DNA of 56,025 nt, from the NCBI RefSeq assembly GCF_001194135.2, contig NC_069001.1:9682750-9738774 (forward strand). Reading direction: 5' to 3'. The notes under the pieces are model-generated. The model did not search any database. It saw nothing but the letters and a program-made list of their open reading frames with translations, and was not told the DNA's origin. Positions 25,823-37,900 of the stretch are shown one piece after another. The stretch comes from Octopus bimaculoides (lineage: Eukaryota). Both the position numbers and the translations under genes were made by a program. Each line of letters begins with the position of its first letter. Position 1 is the stretch's first letter.

Positions 25823-26088
25823 GTCAGTCCTTACTGAAGGAAGGTCTAAGTCAATTTGTTACTTTTTAGTTTTTTTTAATACATAAAAATTAACAATTAA
25901 TAATATAAAATTTTAATTCAAGTGGGGTCACGTGCAGCTTTGTATGTATATATTAATGAAGTTTTGACATTCTGGATACAATCACGATACTTGAATTAAG
26001 ATTTTATATTATTAATTAATTTTTATGTATTAAAAAAACAAACAAAAAGTAACAAATTGACTTAGACCTTCCTTCAGTAAGGACTGAC
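25823..26088. mobile_element. Foldback/MITE with ~100-bp inverted arms
   Basis: 25823-25923 is the reverse complement of 25989-26088 apart from two small indels and about 2 substitutions; 65-bp spacer; right arm runs into the gap. Confidence 0.8.
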
Positions 26089-26500
26089 NNNNNNNNNNNN
26101 NNNNNNNNNNNNNNNNNNNNNNNNNNNNNNNNNNNNNNNNNNNNNNNNNNNNNNNNNNNNNNNNNNNNNNNNNNNNNNNNNNNNNNNNNNNNNNNNNNNN
26201 NNNNNNNNNNNNNNNNNNNNNNNNNNNNNNNNNNNNNNNNNNNNNNNNNNNNNNNNNNNNNNNNNNNNNNNNNNNNNNNNNNNNNNNNNNNNNNNNNNNN
26301 NNNNNNNNNNNNNNNNNNNNNNNNNNNNNNNNNNNNNNNNNNNNNNNNNNNNNNNNNNNNNNNNNNNNNNNNNNNNNNNNNNNNNNNNNNNNNNNNNNNN
26401 NNNNNNNNNNNNNNNNNNNNNNNNNNNNNNNNNNNNNNNNNNNNNNNNNNNNNNNNNNNNNNNNNNNNNNNNNNNNNNNNNNNNNNNNNNNNNNNNNNNN

Positions 26501-26547
<47 letters not shown>

Positions 26548-26975
26548 GTGTATGTAGTTATATATAGACATAAGATAACAGACGAATGAATCATCTGGTA
26601 TTGCTGAAGTTTTTTCATTAAGAATCTTTATTGTGACATAAGCAGCAAGGTAGTCAGGTATGTAGGATGCACAACATTCATAAGAATATTTATTACGCTG
26701 CACAACTCAACTCATCAGGCTTACTAAATAAACAAGCAAGCAATTAGGTGTTGATTAATCAACAGATCATCAACAAGTGAAATTTCTAATACGAATTAGC
26801 ACATTTAAGAAATATAAAGTGCGTGGGACAATCTGTCAATCATGGCGGTGAATGGAAAAATAAAGTTGTAAATTAAAGAATATTTAAAGGTATTTCTCTT
26901 AACAGTATGTCGTTAAACTTAGCAGCCTCGCTCATAAAGGACGGTGCTGGCAAAGCATGCTTGCATACCAGCAGA

Positions 26976-27328
26976 TGTTGTTGGCACTGTCGCTTAAGAC
27001 GTCGAGGGCTCCAGTTGATCCGATCAACGGAACAACCTGAGCACTCCACAGAAAAGTCTACCCTTAACGTAGTTCTCGGGGATATTCAGCGTGACACAGT
27101 GTAACAAGACTGACCCTTTGAATTACAGGCACAACAGAAACAGGAAGTAAGAGTGAGAGAAAGTTGTGGTGAAAGAGTACAGCAGGGTTCGCCACCATCC
27201 CCTGCCGGAGCCTCGTGGAGCTTTAGGTGTTTTTGCTCAATAAACACTCACAACGCCCGGTCTGGGAATCGAAACCGCGATCCTATGACCACGAGTTCGC
27301 TGCCCTAACCACTGGGTTATTGCACTTC
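26976..27328 (-). mobile_element. SINE family C
   Basis: Tail GTTGTTGGCACTGTCGCTTAAGACGTCG through head GGGAATCGAAACCGCGATCC..CCCTAACCACTGGG. Confidence 0.9.
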
Positions 27329-27955
27329 CACATACTAGCAGATAGCAGGCACCAAGCAGCACGTTTGACCCCTGTCAAGACATATTTGATGACAGTTGCC
27401 GACCTTGTTCTAAAAACAAAATTTTGCTGTGTTATAATGTTTAGAAAATCTAGGACTAACGCGGTTAATAAATTTCAGCAACACGTATTCAGTTAATTAA
27501 TATTCGTTAAAGTGCTCTGACTAATTTTTGTAGAACTAATAGAATACTGAATTTAAAGGAGATTCGGTTAATAAGAATACAGGGAAACCATCTTAAGGAA
27601 AGGTTCAGAGAATACGAACGAAGGCTCCTGCAAAATTTCAGAGAAGAGAGAGGGGAAACAAATAGTAGTAGTAGTAGTAGTAGTAGTACCACCACCACCA
27701 CCAGATAATCTATCCATCTATTTTTATTATATTATTATGTCACACTTAAGGTTTCACTCATCACTGGATACTACTGGAGCAGCTGATTACCAAACAACTG
27801 AATTTCCTTTCGTTGATGCAGTCCATGCTATGCTATGGTAAAGGATTACTTCACTGTCTGATTTGCTTCATTCTGTCTAACGATCAGTTCCGGAGTGATT
27901 CTCATCGATGCTTTATGGATCCCTTTTAATCAAATCTCTATATAAATATGTATAC

Positions 27956-28019
<64 letters not shown>

Positions 28020-28579
28020 NNNNNNNNNNNNNNNNNNNNNNNNNNNNNNNNNNNNNNNNNNNNNNNNNNNNNNNNNNNNNNNNNNNNNNNNNNNNNNNNN
28101 NNNNNNNNNNNNNNNNNNNNNNNNNNNNNNNNNNNNNNNNNNNNNNNNNNNNNNNNNNNNNNNNNNNNNNNNNNNNNNNNNNNNNNNNNNNNNNNNNNNN
28201 NNNNNNNNNNNNNNNNNNNNNNNNNNNNNNNNNNNNNNNNNNNNNNNNNNNNNNNNNNNNNNNNNNNNNNNNNNNNNNNNNNNNNNNNNNNNNNNNNNNN
28301 NNNNNNNNNNNNNNNNNNNNNNNNNNNNNNNNNNNNNNNNNNNNNNNNNNNNNNNNNNNNNNNNNNNNNNNNNNNNNNNNNNNNNNNNNNNNNNNNNNNN
28401 NNNNNNNNNNNNNNNNNNNNNNNNNNNNNNNNNNNNNNNNNNNNNNNNNNNNNNNNNNNNNNNNNNNNNNNNNNNNNNNNNNNNNNNNNNNNNNNNNNNN
28501 NNNNNNNNNNNNTGGCTGCAGTCAAATGACGGAAGCAAGTAAAAGAATAAAATGATATATATACATATGTGTTTGTTTA

Positions 28580-28627
<48 letters not shown>

Positions 28628-29276
28628 CAAATGCATCTATGTAAGTGTTTATACACGTATATGTACACACACATGCATATATATATATATAAACTCATAT
28701 ATGTATGTGTGTTCATAAAATACACTCACAACTACTTATAAATTGAATTTTTAAATATGGTATTAATTACTTTGTTAATAAATGAAACAGACTATGTAAA
28801 TTCATACATTGACTTCTAATCTCACACTCATAAACTTTGCTATACATCCCACACACATACACACATATATACACCCACACTTAGAGTATGAACTTTTAAT
28901 AAAATATTCGTGTGACACATAAACGACGCCATTGAAATCTCGGCGATATCACTGACCCCCGGCATCTGACGTGTACTCATTTCGAGAACTCCCACAATTC
29001 GTAGGGAAGTGGAGGTGAAGGCTACTCGTCTCGCTGCACTAACAACACCCTCCTTGTTTTCCGTTTTTAATTTAATTCTAATTTTCTTTTAACGATTTAG
29101 TCACGAGATGAAAAACAGCGCCTACAATCTCCAAGAAAGCTGGGGTGACAGAGGAAGACAAACTATCTGGAGATGTTGATCGATTTTATTCAACAAAATG
29201 AACTGAGTAACAGCATCTAAGGACCGAATAAACGTAAGTGTTATACGGGGCGACAGTTTAAACGCATCATCTAAAT

Positions 29277-29490
29277 CAGTTATTCTCAACCGAGGCCTGC
29301 ATGGCCCCTCGAGGACCGTATAAGATTTTCGGGGCTCCACGCAGCAAAACAGTAAATTAAGTCTCTACAATAGGATTTTAAGGAATCCCTGAAACAATTT
29401 TGCATTAGATCTATGTATTGCAAGATACAGCTTGGTTACTTCCTCTAACATTTTATGCAGTTCAACCTACAAAAGTTAATGTGTGAAAAA
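29277..29490 (+). mobile_element. hAT/Charlie-like element, left end only
   Basis: CAGTTATTCTCAACC resembles the Charlie TIR CAGTGGTTCTCAA; preceded by ATCTAAAT, close to the NTCTAGAN target consensus. Right TIR not found. Confidence 0.5.
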
Positions 29491-29499
29491 CAAAATACG

Positions 29500-29765
29500 A
29501 ATGGCCCATTGGTTAGAGTGGCGGACTCGCGGTCGGAGGATCGCGATTTCGATTCCCAGACCGGGTGTTGTGTGTGTTTATTGAGCGCAAACACCTAAAG
29601 CTCCACGAGGATCAGGCATGGGGTGATGGCGACCCCTATCGTACTCTTTCGCTTCACATTTCTCTCACCGTCCAGCTGGTGAGGGGGAACACATACGCCA
29701 TAAAAACCGAGAAACCGAGCTCATGAGCCTGGCTAGGCTTTAGAAGGGCGCATAAGAAAAGATAG
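29500..29765 (+). mobile_element. Mosaic SINE: family-C head and body + alternative tail E (near-full second copy 29836-30140 across a gap)
   Basis: tRNA head AATGGCCCATTGGTTAGAGTGGCGGACTCGCGG, C body to ~29665, then CCAGCTGGTGAGGGGGAACACATACGCCATAAAAACCGAGAAACCGAGCTCATGAGCCTGGCTAGGCTTTAGAAGGGCGC. Confidence 0.75.
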
Positions 29766-30148
29766 CGCGCGCGCGAGAGAGAGAGAGAGGGGGGGGCGGA
29801 TAATTCTGAGAATTTCCCGATCTCANNNNNNNNNNGCGGACTCGCGGTCGGAGGATCGCGATTTCGATTCCCAGACCGGGTGTTGTGTGTGTTTATTGAG
29901 CGCAAACACCTAAAGCTCCACGAGGATCAGGCATGGGGTGATGGCGACCCCTATCGTACTCTTTCGCTTCACATTTCTCTCACCGTCCAGCTGGTGAGGG
30001 GGAACACATACGCCATAAAAACCGAGAAACCGAGCTCATGAGCCTGGCTAGGCTTTAGAAGGGCGCATAAGAAAAGATAGCGCGCGCGCGAGAGAGAGAG
30101 AGAGGGGGGGGCGGATAATTCTGAGAATTTCCCGATCTCATCCGTGGA

Positions 30149-30232
<84 letters not shown>

Positions 30233-30850
30233 ATATGCACCCATGTGGACACGTGGATCTGAAGAGACGATGTGTGTGTTTGTGAGTATGTTAGCAATAA
30301 GAATTAGGTGGGGAAGTACTCACACGCACAAAGATATTCATACACACAACATACACAAAGATTGTCATACAAAAAGCACACCGACAATAACACAAATGCA
30401 TACACACAAACACACATACTCAGACACAATACGCACGCACGCACACATCAAACTACGGTTAAATATGAACACGTATATGCTCTTTAACTAACTGCAAGTC
30501 CTTAGCGAGCGTTATTGGTGCCCCCACTCCTATTAATTGGTAATTTGAGACAGAAAATCTAATAAGGTCATCATAACATTTAATTTTAATGAAAGAAGTT
30601 GTTACTTTTTCTTTGATTTTTGTCGTTTTGCTGAGAAAATCAGAAATTATATGAAAATTATGGGAATTTTATGCATAGTTCACTAATTTAATGTCAATAA
30701 ACTACGTCACCGAAGTATACACACGCACACATGGGTGTGTGTTAGTATGCATAAATAAGTACACATGTGTACACTGTCATATATATATAAATAAATGCAT
30801 ACATGCACACATCTATGAATATGAATGCGTACACACGCGCACACACACAC

Positions 30851-30885
<35 letters not shown>

Positions 30886-30985
30886 NNNNNNNNNNNNNNN
30901 NNNNNNNNNNNNNNNNNNNNNNNNNNNNNNNNNNNNNNNNNNNNNNNNNNNNNNNNNNNNNNNNNNNNNNNNNNNNNNNNNNNNN

Positions 30986-31017
<32 letters not shown>

Positions 31018-31851
31018 TACACATACATACATATACATATATGCAGAAATATATATACATTTGTAGACAAGACAAAACGTACACGTCGGTCAGACACAGA
31101 AGGACTCTAATTCTTCATCAGTTATCGACCAAAAATACTAATACTCAATTTCGCAACTGATGAAAATTTAGAATCCTTCTGTCTCTTGTCCTATCTGTAC
31201 GTCTTATAGTATTTACTGCATTTTTCATTTATTGAGTAACTGAACGCCAGGCATTCCGACTTTTGTGATCAGTAAGATTTTCATACACACACATACACAC
31301 ACACATATATATATATATATATTGTTCAATGTATGCCTGGCTGTCTCTACCTTTCTGTCTGCGTGCCTCTATTTTGTGCTTCAAACTTTTATTTGTCTAA
31401 CCGTTAACCCCTATTATCAGTTTGTCTCGTTGCCCTCTCTTCTTTCATGTATCCCTATCTTCCCATATATCTGTCTGCTTATTTGTCAATTTTCTGTTTA
31501 TTTGTCTCTAAATCTTTCAGTCTGTTCACGTTATGTCCTTAAGAAGAGAAACATCTTATTCCAGTGTTTAGTGTGTAGTTTGCGGCCCTTTTATAATGAG
31601 TATTCTCTGTCACTCCCAAAAGACCCGCTTTATCTAGTCCCTATCGGAAAGGGGTCACCTGATCTATAACTCCCTGAAGATTTCTCTCCTATTCACGTCC
31701 CTTAGCGAAAGGTCATATGCTCCCACTGTCGTTGCCTAAAAACACCTATCTTCACTCTATCTTCGTAAACTGTGAAACGGGGTCACAGATAAATATGTTA
31801 GGGAGCAGAAAAGAAACAGATAGATTGATAGATAAGGGCATGATGTGAGGC

Positions 31852-31884
<33 letters not shown>

Positions 31885-32574
31885 AAGAGAGAAAGAGAGA
31901 GACAGACAGACAGAGGGGGGGAGGATAGAGAGACGGAAACAGTAAGTGTGTGTGTATGTACCAGAACGAGTGAAAGAGATTGAGATTGAGAGAGAACGAG
32001 GAAGAGAGAAGAAATGGGGAAATTAAAAAGAGGAAGGGATTTTTTTTAGTGGAGATATTTGCAATGCGGGGGTGGAGGAGCAAATGCGGGTATTAGTGCA
32101 ATTTCTGTTGGTAATAAAGAAAAAGTAAGCTGCGGTATGGGTAGTGGGTATTGTGGTAACAGCTGTGGTAGTGATGGTCGTAGTTGTGGTGATTGCGGTG
32201 CTAGTACTGGTTGTGGAGGAAATTGTGGTTGTGGTGGTAGTTGTGGTTGTACCGATCTTGGTGGCAGTGTCTGTAGTGGTGCTGGTGGTGGCAGCAGTAG
32301 TTATGATGGTGAAGGCAGTGATGTCTAAATTTCGATGGTGTCGAAATTGTGATGGTAGTTTTGGTAGTAGTAGTAGTAGTAGTCGTGGTGGTAATCGTGT
32401 TTGCAGGGTGCTACTTTGGTGTGCGATCCATGTGTCATGAAACCGCTTTGGTATTCGATCTACACTTTATATTGTGATCAACAACAAGCAAAGTTATACT
32501 AATCAAGATGTTCGTTCGATTCATCAATAAAATTAGCAAGACTGGTTTCAAATTGGTTCATTTTAATTTCCTTT

Positions 32575-33120
32575 TTTTTTTTACTTGTTTCAATCATTTG
32601 ACTGCGGCCATGCTGGAGCACCACCTTTAGTCGAGAAAATCGACCTCGGGACTTATTCTTTGTAAGCCTAGTACTTATTCTATCGGGCTCTTTTTGCCGA
32701 ACCGCTAGATGACGGGGACATAAACACACCAGCATCGGTTGTCAAGCAATGCTAGGGGGNNNNNNNNNNNNNNNNNNNNNNNNNNNNNNNNNNNNNNNNN
32801 NNNNNNNNNNNNNNNNNNNNNNNNNNNNNNNNNNNNNNNNNNNNNNNNNNNNNNNNNNNNNNNNNNNNNNNNNNNNNNNNNNNNNNNNNNNNNNNNNNNN
32901 NNNNNNNNNNNNNNNNNNNNNNNNNNNNNNNNNNNNNNNNNNNNNNNNNNNNNNNNNNNNNNNNNNNNNNNNNNNNNNNNNNNNNNNNNNNNNNNNNNNN
33001 NNNNNNNNNNNNNNNNNNNNNNNAGTAGAAGACACTTGCCCAAGATGCCACGCAGTGGGACTGAACCCAGAACCATGTGGTTGGTAAGCAAGCTACTTAC
33101 CAAACAGTCACTCCTGCGCC
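32575..33120 (-). mobile_element. SINE family B spanning a gap
   Basis: Tail at 32575-32759 and head at 33024-33120. Confidence 0.85.
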
Positions 33121-33867
33121 TATATTAATAATAAATGTATAAAATGAATAAAAATGCTAATTCTCTATTTTTAACTTTTCTAGCTGATGTTCGCTCGGTT
33201 CGCCTATAAAATTAGTCAACTTATTTCAAATCTGCTTCATTTTATATTTTTTAAAAAATAAATGTCTAAAAAATGTAAGAATGTTTTATTTAAGCCATAA
33301 TAAATAAATGAAACATGTAGATCGCATACTAAATTAGAATTTGACTTTTGTAGATCACGTTGGGTGGATCGCATACCACAGTAGCACCGACTGCAGTATT
33401 ACTCATGCTTCTGCTGGTATATGGAGAGGTGGTGCTGGTAGTAGTGGTGGTGGTAGTGCAGGTGGAAGTGGTGTTGGTAGTTGTTGTAGTGGTGTTGATT
33501 GCAGTGTTTTTAGAATTTGTGATGCTAGTTATCGTTATCACAACCTTAAAGGCAAGAGTATAGGTGGTTTTAGTGGTAAGAAAATGTTATGGTTGGTTTT
33601 GATGGTAGTAGTAGCAGTGAAAATGGTGGGCATTAATAAACGAAGGGAGCCTTTACTTTCTTATGATAGAAAGATGGTCTATGATTGAGCTTTTAGCAGC
33701 TGATCTTCTATCCTTGAATGCTAGACTGGTCCTGTCTCGTCGATAGGAGTTTATCCAATGTTATTGGAATGTTTCAGTAGAATTTCCCGTTATACTTCTG
33801 AAGTGCTTAGGTAAGCAATTGAGTAGTTGAGGCTCTCTAAATATCAGACAGGTAGGTAGGTACAATC

Positions 33868-34186
33868 GTTGTTGTTGGCACTCCGTCGCTTACGACGTCG
33901 AGGGTTCCAGTTGATCCGACCAACGGAAGAGCCTGCTCGTGAAATTAACGTGCAAGTGGCTGAGTTCCAGTTGATCCGACCAACGGAACAGCCTGCTCGT
34001 GAAATTAACGTGCAAGTGGCTGAGCACTCCACAGACACGTGTACCCTTAACGTAGTTCTCGGGGATATTCAGCGTGACACAGTGTGACAAGGCTGACCCT
34101 TTGAATTACAAGCCCAACAGAAACAGGAAGTAAGAGTGAGAGAAAGTTGTGCTGAAAGAGTAGAGCAGGGTTCGCCACCATCCCCT
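33868..34186 (-). mobile_element. SINE family C 3' part with a 60-bp internal tandem duplication
   Basis: 33904-33963 repeated at 33964-34023 with one mismatch. Confidence 0.9.
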
Positions 34187-34969
34187 NNNNNNNNNNNNNN
34201 NNNNNNNNNNNNNNNNNNNNNNNNNNNNNNNNNNNNNNNNNNNNNNNNNNNNNNNNNNNNNNNNNNNNNNNNNNNNNNNNNNNNNNNNNNNNNNNNNNNN
34301 NNNNNNNNNNNNNNNNNNNNNNNNNNNNNNNNNNNNNNNNNNNNNNNNNNNNNNNNNNNNNNNNNNNNNNNNNNNNNNNNNNNNNNNNNNNNNNNNNNNN
34401 NNNNNNNNNNNNNNNNNNNNNNNNNNNNNNNNNNNNNNNNNNNNNNNNNNNNNNNNNNNNNNNNNNNNNNNNNNNNNNNNNNNNNNNNNNNNNNNNNNNN
34501 NNNNNNNNNNNNNNNNNNNNNNNNNNNNNNNNNNNNNNNNNNNNNNNNNNNNNNNNNNNNNNNNNNNNNNNNNNNNNNNNNNNNNNNNNNNNNNNNNNNN
34601 NNNNNNNNNNNNNNNNNNNNNNNNNNNNNNNNNNNNNNNNNNNNNNNNNNNNNNNNNNNNNNNNNNNNNNNNNNNNNNNNNNNNNNNNNNNNNNNNNNNN
34701 NNNNNNNNNNNNNNNNNNNNNNNNNNNNNNNNNNNNNNNNNNNNNNNNNNNNNNNNNNNNNNNNNNNNNNNNNNNNNNNNNNNNNNNNNNNNNNNNNNNN
34801 NNNNNNNNNNNNNNNNNNNNNNNNNNNNNNNNNNNNNNNNNNNNNNNNNNNNNNNNNNNNNNNNNNNNNNNNNNNNNNNNNNNNNNNNNNNNNNNNNNNN
34901 NNNNNNNNNNNNNNNNNNNNNNNNNNNNNNNNNNNNNNNNNNNNNNNNNNNNNNNNNNNNNNNNNNNNA

Positions 34970-35150
34970 CATCGCTTGACAACCGATGCTGGTGTGTTTA
35001 CGCCCCCGTAACTCAGCGGTTCGGCAAAAAGAAACCGATAGAATAAGTACCAGGCTTACAAAGAATAAGTCCTGGGGTCGATTTGCTCAACCGAAGGCGG
35101 TGCTCCAGTATGGCCGCAGTCAAATGACAAACAAATAAAAGAGTAAAAGA
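34970..35150 (+). mobile_element. SINE-B 3' half
   Basis: ATCGCTTGACAACCGATGCTGGTG..GGCGGTGCTCCAGTATGGCCGCAGTCAAATGAC. Confidence 0.88.
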
Positions 35151-35429
35151 GTGATTTAATGACTATTTGGCTATCATTTCTAGCAATATTCGCTACCATA
35201 TAGAGACTTCGTTTTGTAATATGTCAAAAGCAAGGAGAGCTAGATGATTCAGCATGCCTTCCGTTTACTCCTTCCCTGTCTAAATATACTCTGTCACCCT
35301 TGCCAAGCGTCTCCTTTGTCTCACCCCAACCCCTCACACGTTATTCTTCCCAAGGTGTCACAAATTGCCTCGATTTCCTCGGTCCAGAGATCAAATCATT
35401 TGAATGGAAGTGTTAAGAAAAAAAAAAGT

Positions 35430-35900
35430 TGTGTATAAGTGTTTATGTATTGTGAATATGTGTGCGTGAGTGTGCTCATGTGTGTGTGTGTTTGTTGGTG
35501 TGTGTGTGTGTGTGATGGCAATGAACTGTGTGCAAATGTGTGTGTATACCTATCTCTATAGATTTGTGCATGTGTTTCTGATGGTGTGTGGGGGGGGTGT
35601 TTCTTATAGTGTGTGTATGTTCCTGATGCTGCGTGCGTCTGTGTGTCTGGTGGTGTGTGTCTCTGGTGGTGGTGGTGTGTGTGTGTGTGTGTTTCTGATG
35701 GTGTGTGTGTGTGTGATGACAATGAATTATGTGCAAGCATACCTTTCTCTCTCAGTTGCTGTATGTGTCTGTTGGTATGTGCGTGTTTATGTGTGAATAG
35801 GTTTGTGTTTGTATGCATGACTGTGTGTATGTGTGTGTCTACACGCATACCTTTCTCTGTAAGTTTATGTATGTGTCCGATATTATGAATGGTTTATGTG

Positions 35901-35951
<51 letters not shown>

Positions 35952-36118
35952 TTGAAGGCTGTTCTTATCTCCATCCCAATCGCCAACTCTACCCCACATC
36001 TTTTCTCTCCGTCCCACCATCTCTCTCACCAACTCTCTCTCTCTCTCTCTTGTAAGTTTATTACCCTCAAACAGTGAGATACGCATTTGCATGTATGCAT
36101 GTGTGCGCCAGCACGCGC

Positions 36119-36198
<80 letters not shown>

Positions 36199-36468
36199 AT
36201 GTATATATGTGTGCGCTCATACATATGTTTGTATGAAAGTGCATACATGTGCCTATATTTTTCTTCGCATTATCTGTGAGGACATTCGTAATAGTAATCA
36301 ACAGAGTAACAGCGGCATTAACGACAATAGCATCAACCTACACACGCAAACACAAGCGTACACACAGACGCACGCACACACAAATATATAAACACACACG
36401 TGCACAATGCCAGCACATATGCATGTAACTTATTGTGTATTTATGTGAGTATACAAATACATACACAC

Positions 36469-36548
<80 letters not shown>

Positions 36549-37040
36549 GTTAAATGTGTATACATGAGGTTGTTGTGCATTTGCGTATCTACATATACAC
36601 ATATACAAATACACATGTATGACACCCGATATCTCAGTATATACATACACACGTACTTGCATATATGTATATGTACATCTATCTTATTGTCTCTCTATCT
36701 ATCTATCTATCTGCCCGTCTCTCCGTCTATCTATCTGCCTATCTATCTATTATCTATCTATCTGTCTCTCCTATCTGCCTACCTCTCTCTTCTATCTGTC
36801 TCTCTCTCCTATCTGTCTATCTCTCCATTTATCTGTCTATCTATCTCTCCATCTGTCTGTCCACCTCCCTCTCCATCTGCTTGTCTATTTACCTACCTCT
36901 CCATCTACCTGTATTTACCTGTCCATCTTACTCTCCATCTACCTATCTCTCTCTATCTGTCTCTCCGACTGTCTGTCTGTCTGTCTGTCCGTCCGTCTGT
37001 CCATCTCTCCATCCGTCTGTGTCCGTCTATCTGTCGCCGT
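35430..37040. repeat. Block of (TG)n, (CA)n, (TCTA)n and (TCTG)n simple repeats
   Basis: Low-complexity sequence; source of many spurious ORFs. Confidence 0.9.
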
Positions 37041-37042
37041 TT

Positions 37043-37294
37043 GTGAGGCGCGCTTTCCCGCAGCTCGTCTCCATGACCGAACTGCAGCCGTGGATCAAAA
37101 AGAGGCCGAGGAAGGGCGATTGACACCGCGAGTGTCACGTTGCTCTCAAGCAACTATGCCGTCCCGGGTCGACCTTGAGCGACTTCAACACAACCAAAGC
37201 ATTATATAGGAGATTAGTGGAGGGGAGGTACGACGACGATCTCGGGGCGAACCTGGGCGTCGACGAGAAATACCTGATGAGTTTGTGTGTGTAG
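37043..37294 (+). pseudogene. Tx1/L1-clade LINE ORF2 fragment (post-RT region) with one nonsense codon
   Basis: One frame reads VRRAFPQLVSMTELQPWIKKRPRKGD*HRECHVALKQLCRPGSTLSDFNTTKALYRRLVEGRYDDDLGANLGVDEKYLMSL. GC/CpG-rich island; the TGA at 37121 is one change from TGG. Clade assignment is from recalled similarity. Confidence 0.6.
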
Positions 37295-37681
37295 GTAGTC
37301 GTGAATGGAGAAACCTGTTCAATATNNNNNNNNNNNNNNNNNNNNNNNNNNNNNNNNNNNNNNNNNNNNNNNNNNNNNNNNNNNNNNNNNNNNNNNNNNN
37401 NNNNNNNNNNNNNNNNNNNNNNNNNNNNNNNNNNNNNNNNNNNNNNNNNNNNNNNNNNNNNNNNNNNNNNNNNNNNNNNNNNNNNNNNNNNNNNNNNNNN
37501 NNNNNNNNNNNNNNNNNNNNNNNNNNNNNNNNNNNNNNNNNNNNNNNNNNNNNNNNNNNNNNNNNNNNNNNNNNNNNNNNNNNNNNNNNNNNNNNNNNNN
37601 NNNNNNNNNNNNNNNNNNNNNNNNNNNNNNNNNNNNNNNNNNNNNNNNNNNNNNNNNNNNNNNNNNNNNNNNNNNNNNNNN

Positions 37682-37900
37682 GTCTTCAAAATAAAGCTAG
37701 ACCTCTTCCTGCCAAGTGTCCCAGACGAACCAACTCCGCGGCAGGAGGTGCAGATGAGGGCAGCTGCATCAAACTTTCATGCACCAAATGTCAATTCCTA
37801 AAAAGGCATTCGTGAAGTAAAATTATGTAGCAACACCAAACGGCGGTGCCCCAGCATGGCCACAGCTCGTGAGCTGAAACTAGATAAAATAAAATAACAA
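37682..37900 (+). mobile_element. CR1-like LINE 3' end, second copy
   Basis: VFKIKLDLFLPSVPDEPTPRQEVQMRAAASN, then tail GGCGGTGCCCCAGCATGGCCACAGCTCGTGAGCTGAAACTAGATAAAATAAAATAA. Confidence 0.78.

Noticed and set aside
29521-30140. 305-bp duplication of the mosaic SINE (29521-29825 and 29836-30140)
   Set aside because: Identical copies separated by 10 Ns; treated as an artefact and counted once.
32059-32328. Cys/Gly-rich ORF resembling metallothionein or keratin-associated protein
   Set aside because: Arises from degenerate (GTG/GTA/GTT)n repeats; a similar peptide appears at 33341-33688; no splice or start context.
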